From positions 448,001-512,000 of the forward strand of contig CBDDPY010000002.1 of assembly GCA_965232515.1 (NCBI GenBank): a DNA stretch of 64,000 nt, read 5' to 3'. The translations under genes and the position numbers were made by a program. Source of the DNA: Alphaproteobacteria bacterium (lineage in GTDB: Bacteria > Pseudomonadota > Alphaproteobacteria > GCA-2731375). This document shows positions 24,078 to 35,469 of this stretch, one piece after another. A model generated the notes under the pieces. The model searched no databases and was not told the origin of the DNA. It saw only the letters and a program-made list of their open reading frames with translations. The first letter of the stretch is position 1. Every line of letters begins with the position of its first letter.

Positions 24078-24339
24078 CCCGGATTTCTCACCCCCATCAC
24101 GGTCTGCGTCGCGCACAGGCGTTCGATCCGCCAGGAGCGGGCCGAAAAGCGTAGTGGGACTACGGTTGAGGGCCGCGACGCCGCGGGGGGACGCCTGCGC
24201 GCGACCCTTCGGGCGGCGCCGTGCTGCCGACAGCGTGCGTCGCGCCGCTTGCCCGATGCCCCACATCGCGCCGCGCAGCGCTCCTGCCCTGTCGGCAGCA
24301 CGACGCCGCGCAGACCATGATGGAGGTGAGAAATCCGGG
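24078..24339. mobile_element. MITE (non-autonomous, 262 bp) with 31-bp TIRs and flanking CTAG
   Basis: Left cccggatttctcacccccatcacggtctgcg vs reverse complement of right end cccggatttctcacctccatcatggtctgcg (29/31). CTAG at 24074-24077 and 24340-24343. Confidence 0.85.
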
Positions 24340-25635
24340 CTAGTCGCCGAAGACGCGGGCGAAGATCGTGTCGACGTGTTTCAGGTGATAGCCGAGGTCG
24401 AAGATGCCCTCGAGGGTCTGGGCCGATAGCGCCGCCGAGACGTCCGGATCGGCCTTCAAGAGATCCAGGAAGCTGCCGCCTTCGCGCCAGACGGTCATGG
24501 CGTTGCGCTGCACCAGCTCATAGGCGTCCTCGCGGCTGACGCCGGCCTGGGTCAGCGCCAGCAGCACGCGCTGCGAATGCACCAGGCCGCCGAGCCGGTC
24601 GAGGTTGGCGGCCATGTTCTCGGGATAGACCACCAGCTTGTCCATGACGCCGGTCAGGCGCGCCAGCGCGAAATCGAGCGTCACCGTCGCGTCGGGGCCG
24701 ATATTGCGCTCGACGCTCGAATGCGAGATGTCGCGCTCGTGCCACAGCGCCACGTTCTCCATGGCCGGCAGGGCCATCGAGCGCACAAGGCGGGCGAGCC
24801 CGGTCAGGTTCTCGGTCAGGATCGGGTTGCGCTTGTGCGGCATGGCGCTGGAGCCCTTCTGGCCGGCCGAGAAGTATTCCTCGGCCTCCAGCACCTCGGT
24901 GCGCTGCAGATGGCGAATTTCCGTCGCCAGCCGCTCGACCGAGGAGGCGATGACCGCCAGCACCGAGAAGAACATGGCGTGCCGGTCGCGCGGGATCACC
25001 TGCGTCGAGACCGGCTCCGGCGCCAGGCCCAGCGCCTTGGCGACATGCGCCTCGACCGCCGGCTCGATGTTGGCGAAGGTGCCGACGGCGCCCGAGATGG
25101 CGCAGGTCGCGACCTCCGCCCGGGCCTGGGCCAGCCGGGCCCGGTTGCGGTCGAACTCGGCATAGGCCTGGGCCAGCTTCAGGCCGAAAGTGGTTGGCTC
25201 GGCGTGAATGCCATGACTGCGGCCGACACAGACCGCATCTTTGTGCTCGTAGGCCCGCCGCTTCAGCACAGTCAGCAGGTCGTCCAGATCCTTCAGCAGG
25301 ATATCCGCCGCGCGCACGAGCTGGACGTTGAAGCAGGTGTCGAGCACGTCGGACGAGGTCATGCCCTGGTGCACGAAGCGGGCGGCTGGCCCGACATGCT
25401 CGGCGAGATTGGTCAGGAACGCGATGACGTCGTGCTTGGTCTCGCGCTCGATTTCGTCGATGCGCGCGATCTCGAACGTGCCCTTGTCCCAGATTTCCTT
25501 CGCGGCCTCGCGCGGGATCACGCCCAGCTCGGCCAGCGCGTCGCAGGCATGCGCCTCGATCTCGAACCAGATCTGGAACTTCGTCTCCGGCGACCAGACG
25601 GCCACCATTTCGGGTCGGGAATAGCGTGGAATCAT
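24340..25635 (-). CDS. purB: Adenylosuccinate lyase
   Basis: MIPRYSR, TKHDVIAF, GRSHGIHAEPTTFG, SSAMPHKRNP. Confidence 0.96.
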   Translation of the reverse strand: MIPRYSRPEMVAVWSPETKFQIWFEIEAHACDALAELGVIPREAAKEIWDKGTFEIARIDEIERETKHDVIAFLTNLAEHVGPAARFVHQGMTSSDVLDTCFNVQLVRAADILLKDLDDLLTVLKRRAYEHKDAVCVGRSHGIHAEPTTFGLKLAQAYAEFDRNRARLAQARAEVATCAISGAVGTFANIEPAVEAHVAKALGLAPEPVSTQVIPRDRHAMFFSVLAVIASSVERLATEIRHLQRTEVLEAEEYFSAGQKGSSAMPHKRNPILTENLTGLARLVRSMALPAMENVALWHERDISHSSVERNIGPDATVTLDFALARLTGVMDKLVVYPENMAANLDRLGGLVHSQRVLLALTQAGVSREDAYELVQRNAMTVWREGGSFLDLLKADPDVSAALSAQTLEGIFDLGYHLKHVDTIFARVFGD

Positions 25636-25676
25636 CTGACCGGCTTTCTAGCCCATGCCGCGCTGCAACAAAAGCC

Positions 25677-27266
25677 TCAGTCGCCCTCCAACCGCGTCCG
25701 CAGTTCCGCCTTGGCGATCTTCTCCAGGGTCGAGCGCGGCAGTTCGTCGACGACGTGCACCTCGCGCGGCACCTTGAAGTCGGCCAGCATCCGTTTGCAG
25801 GCCGCCAGCACGTCGTCGGCGAGCGTCGGCGGCGGGTTCTTCGACAGCACGAACGCCACCGGCACCTCATTCAGCATGCTGTGCCGCTTCGCCACCACGG
25901 CCACCTCGTCGACGCCGGGCAGCGGCGCGATCACCCGCTCGACCTCGGACGCGGCGACGTTCTCGCCGCCGACCTTCAGCATGTCCTTGTCGCGGTCGGC
26001 GAACTGGATATAGCCGTCCTCGTGCAGGGTCACCCGGTCGCCGGTGATGAACCAACCCTGGTCGTCGAAGCTGGCGGCCGTCGCCTCGGGATTGTTGAGG
26101 TATTCTTTGAACAGCGACAGCCCCCGCACGCCCAGGACCCGCAGATGCCCGGTCTCACCCGGCGCGACCGGATTGCCGTCGTCATCCAGGACGGCGATGC
26201 CGTATTCCGGCGCCGCCTTGCCGATCATCATCGAGCGGTTCGGGTGATGCGCGTCGCCGACGATGCCGTGCGTCATGGTCTCGGTCATGCCCCACCAGCC
26301 GATGGTCTTGACCCGAAAATACTCGTCGCTCGGCGGCGAGCACATGGCGTTGCCCCAGAGCCGGTAATGGTGTTCTGCCGGCACGTCGTGGCGCATCAGC
26401 GCGGTCTGACAGAACCAGACCATCGAGGTCCAGGTGCAACGATGTTTCAGCGACACGTCCCAGAACCGGCTGGCCGAGAACCGCGGCTGAACCACCACAG
26501 AACAGCCGGCCCACAGGCTCGCCAGCACCGAATAGGCCTGGGCGTTGGTGTGGAACAGCGGCAGATAGCAGAGATGCACGTCGTCGGCGCGCAGGTCCTG
26601 GTGCAGGGCGTTGATTTTGGCGCCCCAGAGCGCGTTGGCGTGCGTCCAGACCACCCCCTTCGGCCGCGACGTGGTGCCGGACGTGTACTGAATGCCGACC
26701 GGCGCCATTGGTTCGGGGGGCCGCGCCGGCAGGTCGGCGGGATCGCCCTTCAGGCCTGCGAAGCCGCTCGCCGCCTCGGGCGCCTGGCCCTGCGCCGGCG
26801 GGACGCCGGCATCGGTCTCGGTCACCGCCAGCCAGCGCAGACCGGGGCAGCAGCCGTTCACCAGCTCGGCGAATTTCGGCTGCGTGATGCCGGCCACGAC
26901 CTTGGAATGCTCGGCGAAGTACGTCAGCTCATCGGCCGACGAACGGGCGTTCGTCGTCACCGCCACCGCGCCCAGCCGGGCGCAGGCATACCACGCCGCG
27001 ACCGCCTCGGGCGCGTTGTCCATATGGATCAGCACCCGGTCGCCGGCCGCGATGCCGCGCGCCGCCATGCCGGCCGCGACCCGGTCGACCCAGGCGGCGA
27101 ACGCGGCGAAGCTCCAGACCGCGCCCGGCCCCTCGAACGGCTCCCAGATCAGGAACGGATGTTTGGCTCTGGTTTTGGCGCGGCTTTCCAGCAGCCGCGG
27201 CACGTCCCAGCCGGAAAAGGGATGGATGTCTGGATGGCGCAGGCGGTTCATCGCTGTCGACCCCAT
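25677..27266 (-). CDS. Acyl-CoA synthetase (CaiC-like AMP-binding enzyme)
   Basis: YTSGTTSRPKGV, WGMTET, WFITGD, DRDKDMLKVGGENV, terminal K in STLEKIAK. Confidence 0.88.
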   Translation of the reverse strand: MGSTAMNRLRHPDIHPFSGWDVPRLLESRAKTRAKHPFLIWEPFEGPGAVWSFAAFAAWVDRVAAGMAARGIAAGDRVLIHMDNAPEAVAAWYACARLGAVAVTTNARSSADELTYFAEHSKVVAGITQPKFAELVNGCCPGLRWLAVTETDAGVPPAQGQAPEAASGFAGLKGDPADLPARPPEPMAPVGIQYTSGTTSRPKGVVWTHANALWGAKINALHQDLRADDVHLCYLPLFHTNAQAYSVLASLWAGCSVVVQPRFSASRFWDVSLKHRCTWTSMVWFCQTALMRHDVPAEHHYRLWGNAMCSPPSDEYFRVKTIGWWGMTETMTHGIVGDAHHPNRSMMIGKAAPEYGIAVLDDDGNPVAPGETGHLRVLGVRGLSLFKEYLNNPEATAASFDDQGWFITGDRVTLHEDGYIQFADRDKDMLKVGGENVAASEVERVIAPLPGVDEVAVVAKRHSMLNEVPVAFVLSKNPPPTLADDVLAACKRMLADFKVPREVHVVDELPRSTLEKIAKAELRTRLEGD

Positions 27267-27276
27267 TGTTCTTGGT

Positions 27277-28179
27277 TCAGCCGCCTCGACGGCGCACGCC
27301 CTCGCGGTAGGCGATATAGCTTCCGCTGGCGACGATAATGGCCGCGCCGACCCAGGTCCAGAAATCGGGGAACTCGGCGAAGATCAGATAGCCGAGCAGC
27401 ACCGCGCCGACGAGCTGGCCATAGCCGAACGGCGCCAGCAGCGAGGCCGGCGCATAGTCCAGCGACTTCACAACGCAGAGATGGCCGAAGCCGCCGAAGA
27501 AGCCGAGGCTGAGGAACAACAGCCAGTCCCAGCCCTGCGGCGTGATCCAGTCGAACGGCGCGACCACGCTCGATACGACCACGCCGACGACGGCCGTGAA
27601 CGTGATCGTGGTCGAGGCATCGTCGTGGCCGGACAGCTTGCGCGTGAAGATCTGATAGAACGAATAGCTGGTGGCGCTGCCCAGCACCAGCAGCGCCGCC
27701 CAATGCCCGAAATCGCTGCCTGGGCGGATGATGATCACCGTGCCGACGAAACCGATCAGCACGGCGATCCAGCGCCGCGGCCCGACGCTTTCACTCAGCA
27801 TCAGCACCGACAGCACGGTGATGATGAAGGGCGAGGTGAAGCTGATCGTCGCCGCGTTCGCCAGCGGAATGTAGTTGAGGGCGGAGAAATAGAACGCCGT
27901 CGCGGCGAACAGCAAAAGCGAGCGGAAGATCTGCATGCCCGGCCGGCTGGTGCGCAGCAGGCCAAGGCCGCGTTTGGGCATGAACACCAGCAGCATGAAA
28001 CCGAGATGGCCGAGGTAGCGCAGCCAGACGATCTGCGTCGTCGCGTAGTCGGCGCTCAGGTACTTGACGGTCGCGTTCAGGATCGGGAACAGCGATACCG
28101 CCAGGCACATGAAGAAGATGCCGCGCAGGATCTGGCCCTGGTCGGTCCCGCCCGCGCCGGGCGGCGCGGCGTCAGGCAT
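27277..28179 (-). CDS. DMT/EamA family transporter
   Basis: About 10 TM helices; IPLANA...F-SP, LSESVGPRRW, IIRPG, ASLLAPFGY. Confidence 0.9.
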   Translation of the reverse strand: MPDAAPPGAGGTDQGQILRGIFFMCLAVSLFPILNATVKYLSADYATTQIVWLRYLGHLGFMLLVFMPKRGLGLLRTSRPGMQIFRSLLLFAATAFYFSALNYIPLANAATISFTSPFIITVLSVLMLSESVGPRRWIAVLIGFVGTVIIIRPGSDFGHWAALLVLGSATSYSFYQIFTRKLSGHDDASTTITFTAVVGVVVSSVVAPFDWITPQGWDWLLFLSLGFFGGFGHLCVVKSLDYAPASLLAPFGYGQLVGAVLLGYLIFAEFPDFWTWVGAAIIVASGSYIAYREGVRRRGG

Positions 28180-28840
28180 CGACGATCTGGAACTGCTTCA
28201 GGCGAATGTTGAAGGCGACGACGATGCGTTCGCCGGTGCCATGAAAGGGATGCACCATGTGCAGGTGCCAGGACGGGAACATCAGCATCATGCCCGCCTG
28301 CGGGTGCACCGTGAACTTGTAGCCGAAGTCGAAGCCCGGAACGGGCGAGGCCGTAGCCCCGCCGCGCGGATCGTGGAACTCGAACATGCCGCTCAACGGA
28401 TGCGCCGGGTCCGGCAGGCCGGCATCGACATAATAGACGCCCGACCAATGGTGGCCGGGATGGTTGTGCAGCACGTTGTAATCGCCGTCGCGATTGATGT
28501 TGGCCCAGGCGGCGATCTGCGGCTCCAGCCGGATGCGCTTGTCGCCGGCATTGGGCCCCAGCGCTAGCCGCGTGATCTGGCTGACGCCGGCGATCATCAT
28601 CGACTTCAGCTGCTCGATCTCGGGGCCCGGCCAGTCCATCACATTGGGATCGGACTGCCAGCCGCCGGCGCTGCTGCTTTTCAGACCCTGCTGGCCGAAT
28701 TCGGGATGCGCTTGCTCCTGGGCCAGGATCAACCGCTTCAGACTGGCGTTGAACGCCTCGGTGTTGGGCCACTGCCGCCGCAGGATCGGCGTCGCATAGG
28801 TCAGCAGCACATCGTCGCCGATCGGCACGTCAAGCAGCAT
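28172..28840 (-). CDS. TIGR02466-like 2OG-Fe(II) oxygenase family protein
   Basis: GGWQS, WANIN...YNVLHNHP..WSGVYYV, F-DPR, FPSWHLHMVHP, RIVVAFN. Start at ATG 28840. Confidence 0.82.
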   Translation of the reverse strand: MLLDVPIGDDVLLTYATPILRRQWPNTEAFNASLKRLILAQEQAHPEFGQQGLKSSSAGGWQSDPNVMDWPGPEIEQLKSMMIAGVSQITRLALGPNAGDKRIRLEPQIAAWANINRDGDYNVLHNHPGHHWSGVYYVDAGLPDPAHPLSGMFEFHDPRGGATASPVPGFDFGYKFTVHPQAGMMLMFPSWHLHMVHPFHGTGERIVVAFNIRLKQFQIVDA

Positions 28841-28908
28841 CGGGCACTTCCGGTTCGGCCGTGGGGGATCGACGTCTTGCGTAGCAAGAATTGGGCGCGG
28901 CCGGCAAC

Positions 28909-29589
28909 CTAGATCAACCCCAGCGCCTTGAAGCTGGCGTGGCGCTCGCGGCCGACGATGACGTGGTCGTGCACGACGATGCCGAGCGACTTCGCCGCCT
29001 CGACGACCTGCTTGGTCATGTCGATGTCGGCCCGGCTCGGCGTCGGGTCGCCCGAGGGATGGTTGTGCACCATGATCAGCGCCGTGGCGCCGACCTCCAG
29101 CGCGCGCTTCACCACCTCGCGCGGATAGACCGGCGTGTGGTCGACCGTGCCCCGCTGCAGCACCTCGTCGGCGATCAGCACGTTTTTGCGGTCGAGGTAG
29201 AGCACGCGGAATTCCTCGATGCTGCTGTGCCCCATGCTGGCCCGGCAATAGTCCAGCAGCGCCTGCCAGGACGACACGGCCGGCCGGTTCATGATCTGGC
29301 CCTGCACCAGCCGGACTGCCGCGGCCTGCACGGCCTTCAACGTCGCGATCGTGGTCTCGCCGACATCCTCGACCTCGGCCAGGCGCTCCGGGTCTGCCGT
29401 GATGACCTGGCTGAAGCTGCCGAAACGATCGATCAGCCGCTTTGCCAGCGGCTTCACATCGCCACGTGGCTTGGCGCCGAACAGCACCAGTTCCAGCAGT
29501 TCGTAGTCCGCCAGCGCCTCGGGCCCGGCCCGCACGAAGCGTTCGCGCAGCCGCTGCCGGTGACCGTGATAATGCGGTTTGTCAGCCAT
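28909..29589 (-). CDS. radC: RadC (JAB domain) protein
   Basis: [48 protein letters not shown]. Confidence 0.95.
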   Translation of the reverse strand: MADKPHYHGHRQRLRERFVRAGPEALADYELLELVLFGAKPRGDVKPLAKRLIDRFGSFSQVITADPERLAEVEDVGETTIATLKAVQAAAVRLVQGQIMNRPAVSSWQALLDYCRASMGHSSIEEFRVLYLDRKNVLIADEVLQRGTVDHTPVYPREVVKRALEVGATALIMVHNHPSGDPTPSRADIDMTKQVVEAAKSLGIVVHDHVIVGRERHASFKALGLI

Positions 29590-29614
29590 TGCGGCCGTTC
29601 CGCAATGCCGGCGT

Positions 29615-29714
29615 CACCCTTCGAGACAGCCCCTTCGGGGCTTCCTCAGGGTGAGGCTTATCATTTGATACCCTCACGCTGAGGAGCCCGCGAGAGCGGG
29701 CGTCTCGAAGCGTG
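29615..29714. repeat. REP-like family 1 inverted doublet
   Basis: cacccttcgagacagccccttcggggcttcctcagggtgagg (29615-29656) and inverted cctcacgctgaggagcccgcgagagcgggcgtctcgaagcgtg (29672-29714). Confidence 0.88.
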
Positions 29715-29902
29715 GCGTGCGGCGTGACTGGACATCTCATCGACGTGGATTGTAGGTCGCTGGCCCGTCTGGCGTCACGTCTCGATTGAAACTCGCGGGC
29801 CGCCACGCAACCCGAAACAACGGAAACAAAACCGGCTTTGCGGCCATGCCCGCCCTGCGGCTATTCTCCGGCCGCGACGAAATCGCTTGCGGAGATGTGA
29901 AC

Positions 29903-31288
29903 ATGGGCCTGTTGGACTGCCGTGGCGTGGATGTGTCGACCGACGACCGGCGCCTGATCGACGCGTTGGAGGCGGCGCACGAGGATAGCCTGACATTTCA
30001 AGGCGATGCCGTCGCCCGCGTCAGCGCGGTACTGGACGAGCATCCCGACTTCGTCATGGGTCACTGCTTCAAGGCCGGGCTGCTGACCCAGGCCATGGAG
30101 ACCCGGATCTACGACGATATGCTGGCCAGCGTCGAGGCGGCCGAGGCGTTGGCTGACAAGGCCAACGTCCGCGAGCGCGGCCATATGACGGCGCTCCGGG
30201 CCTGGGTCGACGGCGGATTCCACGAGGCGGTCGAGCATTGGGAAGCGGTCCTGGTCGACTACCCCCACGACCTGCTGGCGCTGCAGCTCGCGCACCTCTC
30301 CGACGTGCTGTTGGGCGACACCATCAATCAGCGCGACCGTGTCGCCCGCGTGCTGCCGACCTGGGACGAGGGCGTGCCGGGCTACGGTTACGTGCTCGGC
30401 TTCTACTCCTTCGGCCTGGAGGAATGCCGCGACTTCGCCCAGGCCGAGGAGGCGGGTCGCCGCGCCGTCGCCATGAATCCGAAGGACGCCTACGCCATCC
30501 ACGCGGTCGCCCACATCATGGAGATGCAGGGCCGGCAGCAAGGCGGCATCGTCTGGATGAACAGCCGCGTCGACGACTGGGCGCCCGGCAATTTCTCGAA
30601 CCATCTCTGGTGGCACTTGTCGCTCTACCATCTCGATCTCGGCCAGTTCGACCGCGTGCTCGAGATCTATGACAACCAGTTACGTTCCGGCGGCGCCAAG
30701 GGCGACAAGTACGAGGAGCTGGACGCGACGGCCCTGCTATGGCGGCTCAAGCTGCTCGACGTCGATGTCGGCGACCGCTGGCGCGAGCTTGCCGATCGTT
30801 GGGAGCCGGCGGCCACCGATACCCTCTACGCCTTCAACGACGTGCACGCGATGATGACTTTCGTCTCGGACGACCGCGCGGACGCGGCCGAGCGGGTGTT
30901 GACCGCGACAGAGCGCTATGTGAACCAGGCAACCGACGCCAACGTCGCCATGACCCGCATCATCGGTTTGCCGTTCTGTCGTGCGCTGCAGGCCTTCGCC
31001 AAGGGCGACTACGAATCCACGGTGGATCAACTGCTGCCGATCCGCTATCGCACGCACCGCCTTGGCGGCAGTCACGCCCAGCGCGACATCATCGCGCTGA
31101 CGCTGCTGGAGGCGGCGCTGCGATCAGGCCGTTTTAGGCTGGCCCGGGCGCTCGCGGCAGAGCGCACCGCGGTCAAACCGACCAGCCCGCAGAACTGGAA
31201 GTTCATGTCCCGCGCCCTCGACGGGCTCGGCGACACGGGTGGCGCCACCCGCGCCGCGGCCCGCGCCGACTCGCTGCCCAGCCTCTAG
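29903..31288 (+). CDS. TTC38-like tetratricopeptide repeat protein
   Basis: DYPHDLLAL, FGLEE, AIHAVAHIMEMQG, HLWWHLSL, DATALLWRL, GGSHAQRD. Confidence 0.82.
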   Translation: MGLLDCRGVDVSTDDRRLIDALEAAHEDSLTFQGDAVARVSAVLDEHPDFVMGHCFKAGLLTQAMETRIYDDMLASVEAAEALADKANVRERGHMTALRAWVDGGFHEAVEHWEAVLVDYPHDLLALQLAHLSDVLLGDTINQRDRVARVLPTWDEGVPGYGYVLGFYSFGLEECRDFAQAEEAGRRAVAMNPKDAYAIHAVAHIMEMQGRQQGGIVWMNSRVDDWAPGNFSNHLWWHLSLYHLDLGQFDRVLEIYDNQLRSGGAKGDKYEELDATALLWRLKLLDVDVGDRWRELADRWEPAATDTLYAFNDVHAMMTFVSDDRADAAERVLTATERYVNQATDANVAMTRIIGLPFCRALQAFAKGDYESTVDQLLPIRYRTHRLGGSHAQRDIIALTLLEAALRSGRFRLARALAAERTAVKPTSPQNWKFMSRALDGLGDTGGATRAAARADSLPSL

Positions 31289-31315
31289 GAACTGCCAACG
31301 CATGCGCCGGCGGCC

Positions 31316-31404
31316 CTGGATTGCCGGCTCAAGCCCGGCAACGACGAATTGTTGCAGGTATCGAACGCTTCTTCGTCATGCCCGTGCTCGACACGGGCAT
31401 CCAG
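31316..31404. repeat. REP-like family 2 inverted doublet
   Basis: ctggattgccggctcaagcccggcaacgacg (31316-31346) and cgtcatgcccgtgctcgacacgggcatccag (31374-31404). Confidence 0.85.
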
Positions 31405-31477
31405 AGGCAACGAGTGCGGCCGGCAACGTTTTTCACCTGTCTCTGGATCGTTAACCCGACCTGTGTAAGATGCCGCC

Positions 31478-32470
31478 ATGTCGGCGTTGATTCCGCGGCT
31501 CCCGAAGGCCGAGTTGCATATCCATATCGAGGGCAGCCTCGAGCCCGAGATGATGTTCGCGCTGGCGCAGCGAAACAATGTGACGCTCGCTTACAACAGC
31601 GTCGCGGCGATCCGCGCGGCCTACAACTTCGGCCAGCTGCAGGACTTCCTCGACCTCTACTACCAGGGCATGTCGGTCCTGCTCACCGAGGAAGACTTCT
31701 ACGACCTGACATCAGCCTACCTGAAACGCGTCGCGGCCGACGGCGCGGTCTACACCGAGATTTTCTTCGATCCCCAGGGCCACCTCGAGCGCGGCGTCGC
31801 GTTCGAGACGGTGATCGACGGCATCCACCGCGCAACATCGGACGCCGCCCGCGACCTGGGCGTCGAAAGCCGGCTGATCATGTGCTTCCTGCGCCACCTC
31901 GACGAGGCCGACGCGGAACGTACGCTCGATCTGGCGCTGCCGCACAAGGACCGCATCGTCGCCGTCGGCCTCGACTCCTCCGAGGTCGGCCATCCGCCCG
32001 CGAACTTTGCCCGCGTCTTCGCCCGGGCCCGCGACGAGGGCTTTCTGCTGACGGCGCATGCCGGCGAGGAGGGCCCGCCGGAATATGTCTGGGAAGCGAT
32101 CGACGTGCTCGGCGTCGACCGCATCGACCACGGCAACCGGGCGCTGGAAGATCCGGCGCTGGTCAAGCGCCTTGCTGCCGACGGCCTGACCCTTACCGTC
32201 TGTCCGCTGTCGAATCTGCGTCTCTGCGTCGTCGACGACATGGCCGCGCATCCGCTTCGGACCATGCTGGACGCCGGCCTGAAGGCGACGGTGAATTCCG
32301 ACGACCCGGCCTATTTCGGCGGCTACCTGAACGACAACTTCACCGCCGTCTCGACCGCGCTCGGCCTGACCGACGACGAAATCACCGCGCTCGCCCGCAA
32401 CGCGATCGCCGGCGCCTTCATGCCGGACAGCGAAAAACAGGCCGCGCTCGCGCGCTTCGACGCCGCCTAG
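31478..32470 (+). CDS. add: Adenosine/adenine deaminase
   Basis: [50 protein letters not shown]. Confidence 0.92.
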   Translation: MSALIPRLPKAELHIHIEGSLEPEMMFALAQRNNVTLAYNSVAAIRAAYNFGQLQDFLDLYYQGMSVLLTEEDFYDLTSAYLKRVAADGAVYTEIFFDPQGHLERGVAFETVIDGIHRATSDAARDLGVESRLIMCFLRHLDEADAERTLDLALPHKDRIVAVGLDSSEVGHPPANFARVFARARDEGFLLTAHAGEEGPPEYVWEAIDVLGVDRIDHGNRALEDPALVKRLAADGLTLTVCPLSNLRLCVVDDMAAHPLRTMLDAGLKATVNSDDPAYFGGYLNDNFTAVSTALGLTDDEITALARNAIAGAFMPDSEKQAALARFDAA

Positions 32471-33096
32471 GCTTTCGCGCTCGGGCGGGCAGAAACCGTC
32501 TCGTGCCAGCGCTGCAGGTTGCCGCAGCTTTCCGGGATTGTGATCTTGCTCCAGCCGGCGAAGTCGATGGCGACCATGGCCGAGATGTCGGCGATGGTGT
32601 AGCGCGGCCCGGCGATGAACTCGCTGTCGGCGAGCCGCGCGTCCATGTCCTCCATGAACCAGCCGAAGCGTTCGCGCCCGCGCGCCGCCAGCTCCGGGAT
32701 CTGCGCCACCTTGCGAGGGCCCGGCATGGCGCGCTCGGCGAAGGCCGGCGTCGCGTTGCGGAAGGCCTCGGCCACGGCCATCAGGCCGTCGAACTCGACA
32801 CGCCGCTGCCACATCTCCACGATTGCCCGGTCCTTGGCGTCGACGCCCATCAGCGGCGGCTCGGGATGCAGCTCCTCCAGATAACGGCAGATCGCCGTGA
32901 TCTCGCAAAGCGGCGTGCCGTCGTCGAGCTCCAGCACCGGCACCACGCATTTCGGGTTCAGCGCCTTGAACCAATCCTCGAACTGCTCGCCGTTGCGCAA
33001 GTCGATCTGTTGGGTGGGAATCTCGATGCCCTTTTCCGCCATGAAGACGCGTACGCGGCGCGGGCTGGGTGCGGTGCTGCAGTCGTAGAACTTCAT
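32467..33096 (-). CDS. Glutathione S-transferase family protein
   Basis: [39 protein letters not shown]. Confidence 0.9.
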   Translation of the reverse strand: MKFYDCSTAPSPRRVRVFMAEKGIEIPTQQIDLRNGEQFEDWFKALNPKCVVPVLELDDGTPLCEITAICRYLEELHPEPPLMGVDAKDRAIVEMWQRRVEFDGLMAVAEAFRNATPAFAERAMPGPRKVAQIPELAARGRERFGWFMEDMDARLADSEFIAGPRYTIADISAMVAIDFAGWSKITIPESCGNLQRWHETVSARPSAKA

Positions 33097-33197
33097 GTCG
33101 CTCGAGGCTCCCGGTATGTCCGAAGGTGTGGCGTCAGATGTAGCACGCCGCCGTTATCCGCAATAGGCTTGCCCTGGCAACGAACCTCGGAAGAAAG

Positions 33198-34643
33198 GTG
33201 ATCGCGATGGGAGGTCATGACGAATTGGCGTGGCTCGACGCCACGGCTCAGGCGGAATTGGTGCGCAACCGGCAGGTGACGCCGGCCGAACTGATCGACG
33301 CCGCGATCGCGCGGGCCGATCGGATCAATCCGTCGATCAACGCCATCGTCACGCCGATGTACGAGTTGGCCCAGGCCGCGGCCGCCGATGTGCCGCGCGA
33401 TGCACCGTTTGCCGGCGTGCCGTTTCTGCTCAAGGATCTTGGCGCCGAGTATGCCGGCACGCCCATGACCGAAGGCTCGGCCTTTCTCGCCGACACTTAC
33501 GTCTCGGAGGCCGACAGCGAGCTGGTGGCGCGGCAGAAGCGCGCCGGCCTGTTGATCATCGGCAAGACCAACACGCCGGAATTCGGCCTGCTGCCGACCA
33601 CCGAGCCGGCGCTGTTCGGCCCCAGCCGTAATCCGTGGGACCTCGACCGCAGCACCGGCGGTTCCAGTGGCGGCTCGGCCGCCGCGGTCGCGGCCGGCAT
33701 CGTGCCCATGGCGCACGCGAACGACGGCGGCGGCTCGATCCGCGTGCCGGCCGCCGCCTGCGGTCTGTTCGGCCTGAAGCCGACCCGCGGCCGCAATCCG
33801 CTCGGGCCCCACTATGGCGACATGGCCGGCGGCCTGGTTGCCGAGCACGTCGTGACCCGTTCGGTGCGCGACAGCGCGGCGCTGCTCGACGCCACCGCGG
33901 GCCCGGCGCCGGGCGATCCCTACAATGCGCCGCCGCCCGAGCGGCCGTTTCTGGACGCCGCCGGCCGCGATCCCGGCCGCTTGCGGATCGCCCTCTCGAC
34001 CGTGCCGTTGAGCGGCAGCGACGTGCATCCCGACTGCATTGCCGCCGCGACGGCCGCCGCCAGGCTCTGCAAGGATCTCGGCCATCATGTCGAGGAGGCA
34101 TCGCCCACCGTTGATGCCCAGCGTCTGCTGCGCCGGTTCGGATCGATCTGGGTCGGCTTTCTCGGCTGGGCGGTCTGCGACTGGCAGCGGCGGACCGGCC
34201 GCGAACCGACGCCGGCGCTGTTCGAGCCGGCGACCTGGCGTGCCTTCGAGCGGTCGCACGAGCAGACGTCGGCCGACTATCTGCTGGCGGTCCAGGACCT
34301 GCAGGCGATCTCCCGCGACGTCGCCGCGTTCTTCACGGACTACGACATTTTGCTGACGCCGACCATGGCGCAGCCGCCGGTGCCGCTCGGCTATTTCGAC
34401 TATGCGCCGGAGACCCGCGACCGGCACATCGCCCGGCTTGGCGAATACACCGGCTTCACGTTGATCTGCAACGTCACCGGGCAGCCGGCCATGTCCATGC
34501 CGCTGTATTGGAACGATGCCGGTCTGCCGATCGGCGTGCAGTGCATCGGCCGCTATGGCGCCGAGGCGACGCTGTTCGCGCTCGCCGGTCAGTTGGAGCG
34601 GGCGCAGCCCTGGGCCGATCGGCGGCCGCCGGTGTCTGCGTGA
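33198..34643 (+). CDS. Amidase-signature family amidase
   Basis: [42 protein letters not shown]. Confidence 0.92.
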   Translation: MIAMGGHDELAWLDATAQAELVRNRQVTPAELIDAAIARADRINPSINAIVTPMYELAQAAAADVPRDAPFAGVPFLLKDLGAEYAGTPMTEGSAFLADTYVSEADSELVARQKRAGLLIIGKTNTPEFGLLPTTEPALFGPSRNPWDLDRSTGGSSGGSAAAVAAGIVPMAHANDGGGSIRVPAAACGLFGLKPTRGRNPLGPHYGDMAGGLVAEHVVTRSVRDSAALLDATAGPAPGDPYNAPPPERPFLDAAGRDPGRLRIALSTVPLSGSDVHPDCIAAATAAARLCKDLGHHVEEASPTVDAQRLLRRFGSIWVGFLGWAVCDWQRRTGREPTPALFEPATWRAFERSHEQTSADYLLAVQDLQAISRDVAAFFTDYDILLTPTMAQPPVPLGYFDYAPETRDRHIARLGEYTGFTLICNVTGQPAMSMPLYWNDAGLPIGVQCIGRYGAEATLFALAGQLERAQPWADRRPPVSA

Positions 34644-34647
34644 AGGG

Positions 34648-35469
34648 TCAGCCGTAGGGCGGCTTGTGCAGGCCGCCGGGCGAGGTGGTGAAGATCTCGA
34701 CCCCGTCGGCGGTGACGCCGACCGAATGCTCGAACTGGGCCGACAGCGACTTGTCCTTGGTCACCGCCGTCCAGCCGTCGTTCAGGATCTTCACCTGCCA
34801 TTTGCCGACATTGATCATCGGCTCGACAGTGAAGAACATGCCTTCCTTCAATTCCAGGCCGCTGTCCGGCTCGCCGTAGTGCAGCACGTTCGGCGCGTCG
34901 TGGAACACCCGGCCCAGGCCGTGGCCGCAGAAGTCGCGCACCACGGAATAGCGGTGGCTCTCGGCGAACTGCTGGATCGCGTGGCCGACATCGCCCAGCT
35001 TGGCGCCCGGCCGGATCTGCTCGATGCCCAGCATCATTGCCTCGTAGGTGACATCGATCAGGCGCCGGGACAGCAGCTTCACGTCGCCGACCGGGAACAT
35101 GCGGCTGGTGTCGCCGTGCCAGCCGTCGACGATCACGGTGACGTCGAGGTTCATGATGTCGCCGTCCTTCAGCATCCGGTCACCCGGTATGCCGTGGCAG
35201 ACGACGTGGTTGATCGACGTGCAGATCGATTTCGGGAAGCCGCGATAGTTCAGCGGCGCCGGCACCGCGTCGTGCGCGATGATGTAATCATGGCAGATCC
35301 GGTCCAGCTCGCCCGTGGTGATACCCGGCCGCACATGCTCGGCGATCATGTCCAGCGTCTCGGCGGCCAGCCGGCCGGCCTTGCGCATGCCGGCGAACTC
35401 CTCCGGCCCGTGCAGCTTGATCATGCCGGTGTTCTGCACCGGCGCTTCCTGTGCGGCGACGTAGTTCAT
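34648..35469 (-). CDS. map: Methionine aminopeptidase, type I
   Basis: [44 protein letters not shown]. Confidence 0.96.
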   Translation of the reverse strand: MNYVAAQEAPVQNTGMIKLHGPEEFAGMRKAGRLAAETLDMIAEHVRPGITTGELDRICHDYIIAHDAVPAPLNYRGFPKSICTSINHVVCHGIPGDRMLKDGDIMNLDVTVIVDGWHGDTSRMFPVGDVKLLSRRLIDVTYEAMMLGIEQIRPGAKLGDVGHAIQQFAESHRYSVVRDFCGHGLGRVFHDAPNVLHYGEPDSGLELKEGMFFTVEPMINVGKWQVKILNDGWTAVTKDKSLSAQFEHSVGVTADGVEIFTTSPGGLHKPPYG

